Shown here: positions 1 through 11,054 of the stretch, piece by piece
Layout: each line of letters starts with the position of its first letter
Numbering within the stretch: position 1 is the first letter of the stretch
Origin: Cystobasidiomycetes sp. EMM_F5
Lineage: Eukaryota
Reading direction: 5' to 3'
DNA: 64,000 bases
Assembly: GCA_051047955.1 (NCBI GenBank)
Contig: JBPGPT010000020.1
Coordinates: 1 to 64,000, forward strand
The notes under the pieces: model-generated
What the model was told of the DNA's origin: nothing
Database searches by the model: none
What the model saw: only the letters and a program-made list of their open reading frames with translations
Program-made: the position numbers and the translations under genes

Positions 1-414
1 CAGCGATGGGACGACGCCATGTCTTGCCCATTTGCACTGCAGCGATGGGACGACGTGCTCCAATTACGCTCCTATCTTGCTTCATTACGGTGCAACCCGA
101 GAGAGCGTGATGATGTGGTTCCTCCTGGATTTACGCACTTCGGACTGGGTAGAATGTACTGGACGTAGTAGGATGGGCTTTAGCGTGTGTGCAGCAGTGG
201 GCATGATAGTGGGTGCGGCAGTCTCTGCAAACACTGCTTTGGGGGACCGAACAACGCGGCTTGGAGCTTGTTGACTGACGTGTGTCTTTATTGCCTTGTT
301 ATTTGGACAATGTGCGACCACGTCTCTTCTTGTATAAGTATAGCATTCTCGCTCCATTTGGTGCACGTGCTCCCGTACTCTGCACGTCATATATCTTGAC
401 GCATATACACCACC

Positions 415-1704
415 TTACGCTCCTTTATTGGCATACTTCAATCCTACCAACTCGTCCATATCCCTATCCAGCTCATCCGCATACGACCTCGCAAAGAATG
501 CAATGACCAGCACTACAAAAGGGGCGATCGCTGTACTTGGCATATGATTCCACGCACTTGCTCCTGTCTGCAGTGGGGCACGATAATGTGCGTATATGGC
601 GACGAGCAATCTCGTTCCAGCGGAGACGAGGGCAAAGAGGAGTGGGGAAGAGATGCGCAGATCCGCTTTTAGATTTGTGGAGGGCGAAGTGGACAGAGGA
701 GTACCGGCATGGTGGAGTGCGAGTGTTGGAGGGAGACGCAGTACGCCTGATATTCTTGATCGGAGGGAGAGGGACAGACGACGTGGTCTGCTCAGAGCTT
801 CTAGGAGAGCAGAGGAGGGGTGGAGAGTCCTGTGTGTGGGTGTGCTGGTGTACCGCGCATAGTCGTCGGCGGGCAGAGAGGTGATGAGGTCCGAAGTGCT
901 CGATATACACGAAAGTATGAATTCGAGCAGGATTGTGCGACGAAGAAAGAGGATGTGGAGACGTGTTGGGGACAGTGAGTGTGAGGAGGGGAGGGGGATG
1001 AAAGAGTAGCTGTTTAGGTGGGGAGAGGGAGCAGTATAATGTGGAGGGGTATGTGAGTGAGTGTGAGTGTGAGTGAGTGTGAGTGTGAGTGTGAGTGTGA
1101 GTGAGTGTGAGTGTGAGTATGAGTGTGAGTGTGAGTGTGAGTGTGAGTGTGAGTGAGTGTGAGTGAGTGTGAGTGTGAGTGTGAGTGTGAGGGTGAGTGT
1201 AAGTGAGTGTGAGTGTGAGTAGGAGTGTGAGTGTGAGGATAAGAATGAAATGAGAATGAGAATAAAAACAAGATTGATGGTGAAATGAGAATAAAGACGA
1301 GCATGAATACAAGCACACCAACGTACACTACCAATGCCACGACCTGGAGAATGAGCGACGCCACTCTCCACAGGATGCTCGACTGCTTTCCGAGAGCAGC
1401 GAGTTGAGCGAGTACCTCGTCTTGCTCTGCAGAGTAACAGCACACAGACTGACATGAGCCCGTTCTGCCAATCCACACTACCATTCATGCACCCACCCTG
1501 CTCATCCAGCGCCCGCTGATCTTTTGGCTCCACATTGTCCTCAAGGAGTGTCTTGAGTGCTGATCCATCGTTCAAGGTGTGACTGTGACTGCCTCCATCG
1601 CTGCCGTACGCGTCACTGCGATATCCCAACCTCCTCAGCAGCATGGCGTCGTCATGTCGAGGTGTCGATGACGGTGGAGAGGGCAACGGAGAAGGACAAG
1701 TCAT
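415..1704 (-). CDS. Small fungal membrane protein of unknown function, 3 exons (introns 1427-1496 and 1010-1326)
   Basis: Removing two GT-AG introns gives ...ALDEQEQDEVLAQL...VVYSFIP..., then hydrophobic segments and the C-terminus ELDRDMDELVGLKYANKGA. The 429-aa ORF in the track is the unspliced read-through. The start could be the later ATG (MLLRR). Confidence 0.65.
   Translation of the reverse strand: MTCPSPLPSPPSSTPRHDDAMLLRRLGYRSDAYGSDGGSHSHTLNDGSALKTLLEDNVEPKDQRALDEQGGCMNGSVDWQNGLMSVCVLLLCRARRGTRSTRCSRKAVEHPVESGVAHSPGRGIGSVRWCACIHARLYSHFTINLVFILILISFLSSHSHSYSHSHSLTLTLTLTLTLTLTHTHSHSHSHSHSHSYSHSHSLTLTLTLTLTHTHTHSHTPPHYTAPSPHLNSYSFIPLPSSHSLSPTRLHILFLRRTILLEFILSCISSTSDLITSLPADDYARYTSTPTHRTLHPSSALLEALSRPRRLSLSLRSRISGVLRLPPTLALHHAGTPLSTSPSTNLKADLRISSPLLFALVSAGTRLLVAIYAHYRAPLQTGASAWNHMPSTAIAPFVVLVIAFFARSYADELDRDMDELVGLKYANKGA
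1052..1237. repeat. (GAGTGT)n / (GAGT) compound microsatellite inside an intron
   Basis: About 185 bp of GTGTGA-type units are directly visible. They lie within the inferred 317-nt intron 1010-1326. Confidence 0.95.
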
Positions 1705-2103
1705 GCTGACCGCAGACTGGGCATGGATGAGTGGGGATTAGTAATGCACCATACAACAGAGTTTGTATAAGTTACAACACCCTCTTCTCACTGTCGTCTT
1801 GATCCCCCGTCATCTGTTTGGACACCGTACCGTCTCTGGAAGACGAGGATGGATGTTGAACAGCGAGGGGCGCGAGAGGGATGAGACAGAAACAACAGAG
1901 AGAGAGAGAGGCTGAGACTGAAGGAGGCTGACTAATGACCAACACTGACACACCATGTCGCACTCTGCAGACTGGGACGAGGGGACGCAGGCGCTGAGGG
2001 TGGGTGGGGGGTAGTGAGACTGTCGAGTATCAATTCACAGACTGAGTACTATCACTAACATTGACGATCGCAGGAGTTTAGACGACGCAAGGCAGAGCGC
2101 GAC

Positions 2104-5100
2104 ATGGCGAGGCAGCACATGAATATGCAGATGGAGATGCGGGGTACTCGGGAGAGGAACACGACAGAGGAGAGCAACGTGACGGCGATAAGGATATCGA
2201 CGTATGCCACTGCCACTCCTTTAACCATTGAACGGCTATCCCCATCTCAAATGCACTCGCTCGCACTCAAGACGCCTCTTCCGAGCAGCCGCCCAACCAC
2301 TCCACACGCCTCTCCGCACAAGCAGTCTGGCAGGCGAGATGTAACATCAAGTCCACACACGAGCATCAGCACTACCTCCACAAGCGGCAACGACGGAGGG
2401 ATACCCAGATATGTGTGCATCGACGGGGAGAAGATTGATATATCGGAAATGGATATACTCGATCAGGTCGAGTATATAAGGAGAGCGAGACGGCAGCAAC
2501 AGCAGCAGCAGGAAGAGATGACGCCCTACCTCGCGAGAATGTCGAAATACCATTCTCTCAGTGACGTGACGTGAGTCGAGGTGGTGTCGAGACGCTGTTG
2601 ACGAGTGCTGACGTGTCACTCTTTAACGCGCTATGTCAATGATGATATTGCACCCGCTCTGATCGCTTCTGCTACGTCAAATTCGCTTATGCATCACTGC
2701 GCGCACTTCCATCCACTCTGCTCGTTCCTGGCTCCATCGAATCTATTTACACGTTGCTGCTCACGCTTTTATCATGCTCCTCGTTGATAAACCCCTCCTG
2801 CTGTCGGCACTCTTCGCTCTGTTGCCTCTTCCTATTCTTCGTCTTCCCAATTGTCATATGCATGCTCTCGTCAACTCCGTTGAATCTCACATTCCTCTGG
2901 CTTCTCCATACTGATGCCATCCGCTATCCTCGCGCATCTCGTGCTCAGAGAACGCTCCGACGTGACTACAAACTCGCGAACGTCAACGGTCCGGCATGGA
3001 CTGCGTGATCTAGAGTCTCTTTCGCACGGCTCTCAATTGAGCATACTACACCAACGAGAGGAAGGTGTCGATGACGACTCGGCGTCTGGCGTGTCGGGCA
3101 AGTCTGGCGTGTCTGGCATGTCTGGTAAATCTGGCATCTCTTCCTCATCGGCACAAAGTGTCGAATCGAAAGGAAAGGGACGTGCTCCACGAAGCGATGT
3201 TGGGGAAGAATATGCAACCTCGATGGACCGCCAACTCGGACAAGCTCCGTCCAGCCAGAAGGTCTTCAACAGGCAGTCCGTGGGAGGCATTTCAGACCTG
3301 TCATCCACATCGAGCAAGTCTTGGCGTCTCCCTACACATACTCTGAGTTCCCTGCCTCCGCTCAATGCGTCGCATGGCGCTCTCGTAGGGTCTTCGGGAC
3401 CTATGGATAACGTGTACTACGTCAAGAAGAGAAGATCGATGTCGCCCAAGAAGAGACCGGTCTCGCCGGAGCTTGCTACTAGAATGGCAGCGTTCAATCT
3501 AGCACAGTCTGAGAGCGTCGAAAAGGAAATGCCGACGCTTCCACTTCGGATCCGGACAAAGAGCCTGTCCTATCGAATTCGTTCGGAGAGTGGCAGCGGC
3601 ACGACTGCTGAAGATTCGGAAAGCAGAATGCACAAGAAGCATGCGTCGACTTCGGTAGCTTCGTTTACTTCTTTGAGTATCACTTCAGAGGAACGTATTC
3701 CGCCGTTGCCTACCTCACAATCGACAAGTAATCTGATACGGATGTACGAAGAACGAACTCGAGTATTTCCAGGTTTGACGTCTTCTCCTGCCATCTCCAC
3801 ACAAGCTGTCGATTCTTCCAGTACTGCTGCCGTCTCTACTGTTGCCAAGACCATAGAAGTAAACGCTGTAGTCTCGACGATAGCAGATCCAAGAGAGATG
3901 TTTGGACGGCACGATAAAGAAGCCGTGTCGACGCCTGTCAGGGAGTGGGTGAGGGACATGAGTGATGTCAAGTCTCTGGCTTCTATGCGATCCAATAACA
4001 CTCTGTCGAGCAAGAATACAGTGAAGGTTGCCCTCGACGAGGAGGACGCCGTATCTGTCACGAGTAGCCAACAGCGTCTTGGGGGCAGCGGGAGTGGGGG
4101 ATCGATTACTAATGAAGCTGGGTCAGCAATTGGACTGGATCTGCAGGTCGCACCTTCTGTGTCGTCTGGAACAAGTAGACGTCATGAAGCAGGCGAAACG
4201 GAGTTTTCCTCACTAGACTACTCGCAAATCGTACTGCATGGCGATTTGATGTGGCTCAATTCTTCGAGTCGATCTACAGCTCCAGTATGGCAGACTTGTC
4301 GAGCCATCATTACGCAGGATCAGCAATTCTGCATCACTTGGTCTTCCACAAAGCGCCTCTCGACTTCACCTGGCGGGTTGGCATCAGGTGGACAGGCAAA
4401 AGAACGTGTATTTGATCTACGGACTTGTCAGTCTGCTACTTCGGTGCGCAGGACACCAGCACATGAGTATAAGATCATCAGTCGGGACGGTCGACTTTCG
4501 ACAGACATGAATGGCAATACTGTTTCCCTGACGGCGGCGTCGGGAGATGGATCAATGACACCTTCTGAAATTGTGACAACGAGAGATACGTCAGCGATGA
4601 GAATGCACGTTTTTGAACTCGTCTGGCCTGGAAGATCCCATCGATTCGCGTGTGAAACGCTGGGTGAAAGAGTGAAATGGCTGGGTGCTATCTTCTCCAT
4701 TACGAGCCGATATTCTCATTCGGGTAGCACGGTTCCTGGGACGCCGTCTATCACTACTGATAGCACGGTAACGAGTCCGTCAGGCGTTGTGGAGGCAAAC
4801 AAGGAGAATATCAGTTGGCAACCTGGACCGATAAGCGACGTGCCACGGCGCGAGCTCGAGCCGACAACAAGAGAATCACTTTATGCCTCCGTCAGTGACA
4901 TGTTTTCTGTGCGAGATGGTCAAATTACCCCCATGCAAGAGGATATGTCGATTGACGTCTTCAGGGCGCACCTCAAGGATAGCGGATCGAGAAAGAGGAC
5001 GGTCACTGCAGCGGTCGAGATGGGACCAACGAGGGAAAGGACTACGGTCTCAATGAATGAAAGAGCCGGGATGGCCATGCAGGAGACGGGAGAAACACCC

Positions 5101-8100
5101 CTCGCTTCGCCGCGTTTGCCTCTCAAAAGCTACCGTCAACAAACACAGCGAGGAGCGTGGTCTGAGACTGATCGAGCATCAGTGCATAGCGACGGTATCA
5201 TTGACGCGCCACTCAACACAAACAAGGCTGTTGCCCGGGATCTACGCAAGATCCTAGCGACTTTGGAACGCAACAAAACCGTCAAGAGCACTCGTGGTAG
5301 CCTCGATAAGCCAGATGGAGACGCTGCAAAGGAGGAAGAGAGGGTTTTGAAGGACATGCATGCCAAGATTGAGATGATTGCGCAACAGATGAAAACGCAG
5401 GTTGATAGTGACCACACTGGCGAGGGCGTGGAGGAGAGAAATACAGCAGAAAAGATTGATAAGCTGCTCTTGCTATGCCAGTGAGTACTCTGATTGATAG
5501 AAAGGGATATGGGCTAATAAAGCTTCACTAGTCGCTTGGTCAAGGAGAAGGAGCCATTGCCGCCTATCCGTGACGATGAATCGCCGTCCGTAGCTTTGGA
5601 GTATGCTCAAGACCGAAGCATACGAGAACAAGCCAAAGAGGAAAACCTGAAGCGCATCGAAGAGCAAATGGCGGCCATCATCGAGCGCATCGACCGTATG
5701 CCGCACCCACGTACGCCCTCTGTTGTGCCTCTCCTTCAGCAGCCCGTAGTTCAGCCCATCCTGCCGTTCGACGTGGGAAGCATTCAGCCTGATGTGCCTC
5801 CTAAACCTATTCTTACGCAACAGCATGCGCCAATGAATCTATTCTATCCGGGTGTTACTGGCGGTATACCATCTGATGGCATCGCATATGACTCTACGAA
5901 TTCAGCTGCTGGAGATACGATGGCGGAGGACCAACAAGAGTATATGCGAGGTAATCGTCTGTCTGTCATCGGAGGCGACGGCTACAGAGAAAGCCAGACT
6001 ACGACTGCACTGCTCATGGAAGATGACATGAAACAATGGCAGATTGGAGCAGCACCACCTCATCGGACGTCAGCACAGCCGAAGCATGACACTCTGTATG
6101 GCAACGTGTCTGTTGGCGGCACCATCAAATCTCTGCTTGGAAGGTTCCCGATAGCGAAAGGCCACTCCAAAGACGCGTTGTCTGGATTTCCCGCTCCTTC
6201 TCCCCCTAGCAAGCCTCAGCATGGTCTGAACAAAGCTCCGTCTGCTACTTTGTCGAGCCAGCCATCATCAGGACATATACGGAATGAGAGGAAGGAAGCT
6301 TTCATGAGGCTGGATGGGTCACATCCCGACGTACTTCGCAGTACTACTACCTCGAACAGGCAGAGCCAAGGCAATTTGTTCCAGAATGGTAAACAGTGGT
6401 CAGAGTCTGTCTCGCCGGCCAGTAATCCTTTGGTCGAGGCAGGAAAAGAGACGTCAAAGGCTGCAACATCTAGCGTGAGGTCGGCTGGAAAGGGCAAACC
6501 TGGTGCCGTGTCTAATATCGTGAGCTTGACTGCAAAGAAAGCATGGCGCCCTTCCTTTACTGAATTAATCATTTGGTAGATCGTGCGAAACGATGCTGAT
6601 GCAAAGTCTGTTATAAGCGATGATGCTCCACCTACACCGAAACAACGCGATTTTAACAAAAGCACCAAGGCAAAACCCGGCTCAGCGCTACAGGATACAG
6701 AGGCGAGTGGTCAAAAATATCAAGACGTATTGCCAAGGCTGACGAAGCTGTAGACCATGGCACTGCTCAAGAATATGAATGAGCTGCTCACGAAGCTGGT
6801 AGAATCACAAGACAAGACGGACAAGATACTCACACATCAGGAAAACGTTTCAGTGTATCTCAAGGATCTGAACGAGTTCCTTCGAGGAGACCGTGAGGCG
6901 AGAAAAGAGGAGTTTCAGACGAGTGAGTCTCCCATATCGAGTTGATTGAACGCTACTGATATAGTGCTGTAGTCGCCAATGCCCTAGGAGTCATGTCCGC
7001 AAAGCTCGATAAGCTGCCGCAGGAAGTACAAGCCCTTGTTACCGCCTCCATAGCTTCTGCTGGTGCTGCAGCTGCTCACGTCACGTTCGAAACGCCCGCT
7101 CAGCCTCAAGCCAGTGAAGCGCCAAACACCGATACTGACGACGGCGGAAACCCGACGAATGTGCAAAATGCAGCTCCAGCTACGACAGCCAAGAAAGTCG
7201 CACCTCAAGCAAAGTCCTCCGGTACATCACTCCTCCGCAAAGTCAGCAATAGTATAGCTGCTGGGCCGCGGGCTGCAGTTCAAGTCGTCGGTGGACCGCG
7301 AAAAATGGGTGGTCCTCGTATATTTGGCGGGGCACCTTACAGCAGCAATGTTGAGGAGGCGAAGAACAGATGGAAGAGTCCTGCAAAGAAAGACAACAAG
7401 TCTGATGTACCTACTTCGCTTCTCGGCAACCCTCTGGACGGCGGTAAACACTCGAGACAGGCAACTGCGGAAAGCCAGATGCCGCAGGACGTGGATCCGC
7501 TCGTAGAAGCTCTGGAAGGCTTCGAAGCAAAGTTGGCCGACGAGGAACAGGCACATATTCCGGATAATGAGCAAATGACCATCTTGACGCTCGGGTATGT
7601 GCTAAGAGACTTAATATTCTGTTGATTATCTAACGCTTGACGTCGTTTGCAGCATTATGGAAATCATCAAATTGCTGAAGGAGAACAAGAACCGTGATGA
7701 CTTCAAGCATCAGGTTAAGCTTGAGCGGCAAGCTGTCAAAGATGCCGCCAAGCGGCAACAGCACGAGGAGAATATCATGGCTATTCGCGAAGAAATGATG
7801 GACTGGGAGAGCAAGCGCATGGAGTTGGTTGCCGAGAACAAGGATCCAGGCAATCGCGAGGGTATCGAGACCATCATTGCTCTTCTAAAGGATCAGATGG
7901 TCGAACAGGAAAAGAAGCTCGCGGCGCTGAAGGAAGCAGTCACGCCGCAGCTGTCTAGCATCAATGATGAGACTGCACAAGCAGTCGACGAGATGAAGGA
8001 GAAGATGAGGCAAGACTTTGCAATGTTCAGTAAAGATATGGATGCTGAAGTCAAGAAGACGCTTTACGAGGTTGCCGCTCTGCGAGAACAGAAGAAGCAG

Positions 8101-8374
8101 CTTCAAGGCGATCTGGCAGATCTCTTGTCTTTTAAGGCAAAGGTGAGAACATAAGCTTTGAGATGGGCATGTCGACGGAGCTGAATCGCATTGGTCTTAT
8201 GAATAGTACGGAGGGGGAGCTCCGGAAGCACACAATAGTGCCCCGCTGCCAGCACGCAGACCTGGTCCACCTGGTCCGGGACAGGCTCCTGCACCTCGTA
8301 CACCCGCTCCGGCAGCTGCTCGCCCAGATACCGATGCGGCCCTGTACGGAAGACATCTGAGGGGTCCAAGATGA
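2104..8374 (+). CDS. Large multi-exon Ser-rich protein with a central PH-like domain and C-terminal coiled coil
   Basis: ORFs 2104, 2914, 5536, 6757, 6993 and 7657 join through plausible introns (e.g. 2571-2948, and GC-AG 6703-6753). PH-like motifs: LHGDLMWL, VWQTCRAII, HVFELVW...RFACETLGERVKWLGAI. The C-terminus is heptad-rich. The last exon ends GRHLRGPR-TGA. Confidence 0.7.
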
Positions 8375-8611
8375 GGATGAGCGCTCATGCGATGACGCTG
8401 CAATATTTCTGGTATTGTCGCAATGTTTCGGGGAATCGAGCGGGAAAGATGCCTTCAAATATGTAGCATAGTTGGGACTGTTATCGAGCGGACCACGAAC
8501 TTTGTGAATATCTTGACGTGACTTCGGTTAACGATTGACGGTGGCGTTGAGTCGCCTACACGTTCAAGCTGAGACTGCGTTGCTTTGAGTCCGTCCAACT
8601 TTGCATACAGC

Positions 8612-9884
8612 ATGCCGCACATAAATGGGCAAGAGGCAGAAGACCTGCCGGTCGGGTGGACTGTCCTGACGCCAATTGAGCGGACACAGGAAGAGACGGC
8701 AGCGCTCGAAGCTGTTTGTTGGTTCGATATCGATAACTGCCTGTACAGGTTGGCTGAAATTGGCTCAGCATAACGAGTGCTTCCTTTTCTGACGCTTCGT
8801 TGACAGCAAATCCCGAGGGATAGCTCCAATAATGAGTATGTAGCTTGGCAAGATCTAACAATGCCACGACAAACAATTTGACTCGCACGAAACCCCGACA
8901 GGCAAGAAAATTCACGACTACTTTGTGCAAATGGGTTACCCTGAAGACGAAGCTTGGGAATTGCATCTGCATTATTACAAGAATTATGGATTGGCTATAC
9001 GAGGCTTACAGGCGCATCATCCTGGGTTTGACGTAGAGGACTTTGACAAGAAATGTGGTACGTTACTGTGCCGATGGATGCGTCCGGACCAGTTTCCTGA
9101 TTGCACTTCCATAGACGGCGCGTTACCGCTCGAAGACTTGCTAGAAAACGGTTCGCTCAAATGATGACCGGCTCAGGGTTCTGAGTTGACTGATAGTTGT
9201 GCCCAGACGAGCAGTTACAATCTTTGGTGAGTTCTCTTGTCATCGGAAGGCGTGGACGAGGCGCTGATCCTGCATTAGCTTCGAGCCTTCAATCGTAAAA
9301 AAGTGAAAGTCATGGCACTAACGAATGCCAATAAACCGGTACGGGATACTGTCTTGTACAATAGGGGTCAAGTCTGACAATAACGCGCTCTAGCATGCAC
9401 TCCGAGTGCTGGTGAGAGCTCAATGCATCTTCTCGTTGCACACGCTGAGGTATATTTCGCAGCGTATATTAGGAGTGACAGACCTTTTCGAGGGCCTTAT
9501 ATCATGTAAATATGCACAAGATCAGTTTCCGGCTAAACCAGATCCCTCATTCTAGTCAGTTGTTGGCCAAATTTCTTTACTGCCGATATTATGCTGAATT
9601 GTGCAAAACAGCGACCTCGCAATGCAGCTCAGCGGTATTTCAGAGCCGCAACGACACTACTTTATAGACGATAGCGTTTTAAATGTCAAAGGCGCTCAAG
9701 TGCACGGATGGAACGCATGGCATTTCGATGAGGATGGGACGGGCCAATTGCCAGAGGGCAGTGTTGCGGGAAGTGTCAGATCGTTGCAAGGTAAGTTGAC
9801 TTGACATGCAGAGATATGCCGCCCTCCGATGACTGTGCTCTGCTAGACCTGAGATCGGCGTGGAAACAATTTGTCTCGCAGTAG
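8612..9884 (+). CDS. SDT1: HAD-family pyrimidine 5'-nucleotidase, about 10 exons
   Basis: HAD motif I WFDIDNCLY, LHYYKNYGLAIRGL, LTNA, AKPDP and motif IV FIDDSVLNVKGA. Several micro-exons of 18-36 nt join in frame. Confidence 0.85.
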
Positions 9885-10214
9885 ACTTATTCGAAGATTG
9901 AGTGATGCTATGAACGACCGACATTTGGGCGATGCAATCAAGACACTTCCCGCAGGCACGGGGCTCGATCAAAGACGCAGTAAGACATGTGAGGCAATAT
10001 GGGCGTCAATCGTAGCATAGTACCGTTGAGGAATTGCGAGCTCATGCGTATGCGGAGGATATCAATAGAAGAGCTTACGTATCTGCATTTTTGTTTTACA
10101 AAACCCGCTGACTGGTCGCTTATAGTCGGCAATATGAGGAGGGTGATGTGAATCGCACTTTATGAACCCAAAGAGAGTATCTGGCTTACTCGATCTCGTA
10201 AGGAAAGGCTACTT

Positions 10215-10529
10215 TCAGATTGCTGTAAAGATCTCTGTCACTGTGACTGGCTCTCCAACGGGCACCCTGTCACTCCAGGTGATTGTGGTAGCGTGCTGTT
10301 CGTTGTATTGACTGAGATGTGCGGGGTCGCTCATAGAGTGCTTGTACCACGTCGGTCTTGTGCGATACTCTCCTTCGCTGTACGTGATGACCTCCGAGGT
10401 CGTGGTGGATCCGGCTGGGTAGTTCGTCTCGACCAACGTCCATACGTATGGCTGGCCACTGGAAGCGACAGGGAGCGCTAGTGCTGTGGCTGCGCCCATG
10501 CACACAAGGATGACGGACAGCATAAACAT
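10215..10529 (-). CDS. Small secreted Thr-rich protein (orphan)
   Basis: N-terminal signal-peptide-like MFMLSVILVCMGAATALALP and a Thr/Val/Glu-rich mature part. It may contain an in-frame 57-nt intron. Confidence 0.55.
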   Translation of the reverse strand: MFMLSVILVCMGAATALALPVASSGQPYVWTLVETNYPAGSTTTSEVITYSEGEYRTRPTWYKHSMSDPAHLSQYNEQHATTITWSDRVPVGEPVTVTEIFTAI

Positions 10530-11054
10530 TGTGGGTCTTACGATCGCGGTATGGGATGCGGAAGAAGTGTATGTGATTCAAGAGAGTGTGTATGAGTGTG
10601 TGTATGCGGATGAAGCAGGCGTGCGAAGTGGAAACGAAACCAGCAGATGAGAAACGGAGCTGAATTGTGACTTATAAGATTCGCCGGAGAAAGGATCGCA
10701 TTGCCAAACGGAGGTCTCCCATCGTTTTCGCAGGTTGTCAAAGGAAGATACAAAAGCTCAGAGGAACTGAAGCGGTTGCTCGGGAGTATGGCGCGGGAGA
10801 GGCCGTGCTGCTGTGAATGGAGGCATGAAAAAGGTGGTGACTGGTACTTCAAAATTCGGTTGAATGGGTCCGAGTATCTGCCTAGCGTACTGCATGCAGA
10901 GTATCGACCACACTGCGGCATGGCTATCAAGGCAGTCGCAACATAGTATGTCAGCCTGTCGCAAAGAATGATCGATAACGACCGCGTCGCATACAAGTAG
11001 CAAACAGGCAGTCTTTTGTGTTTGCACCATTAGCTGCGCATTTCTGTCCAAGCA

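Noticed and set aside
1..55. 16-bp direct repeat CAGCGATGGGACGACG (1-16 and 40-55)
   Set aside because: Only two copies at the window edge in a eukaryotic context. Not CRISPR-like and not interpretable here.
473..1484. Long overlapping - strand ORFs with (HT)n/(LT)n/(HS)n tracts
   Set aside because: They arise from an intronic microsatellite that lacks stop codons.
2639..2662. Box C (ATGATGA) and CTGA in the 378-nt intron, a possible C/D snoRNA
   Set aside because: No properly spaced terminal D box or stem, and I could not recognise an rRNA-complementary guide.
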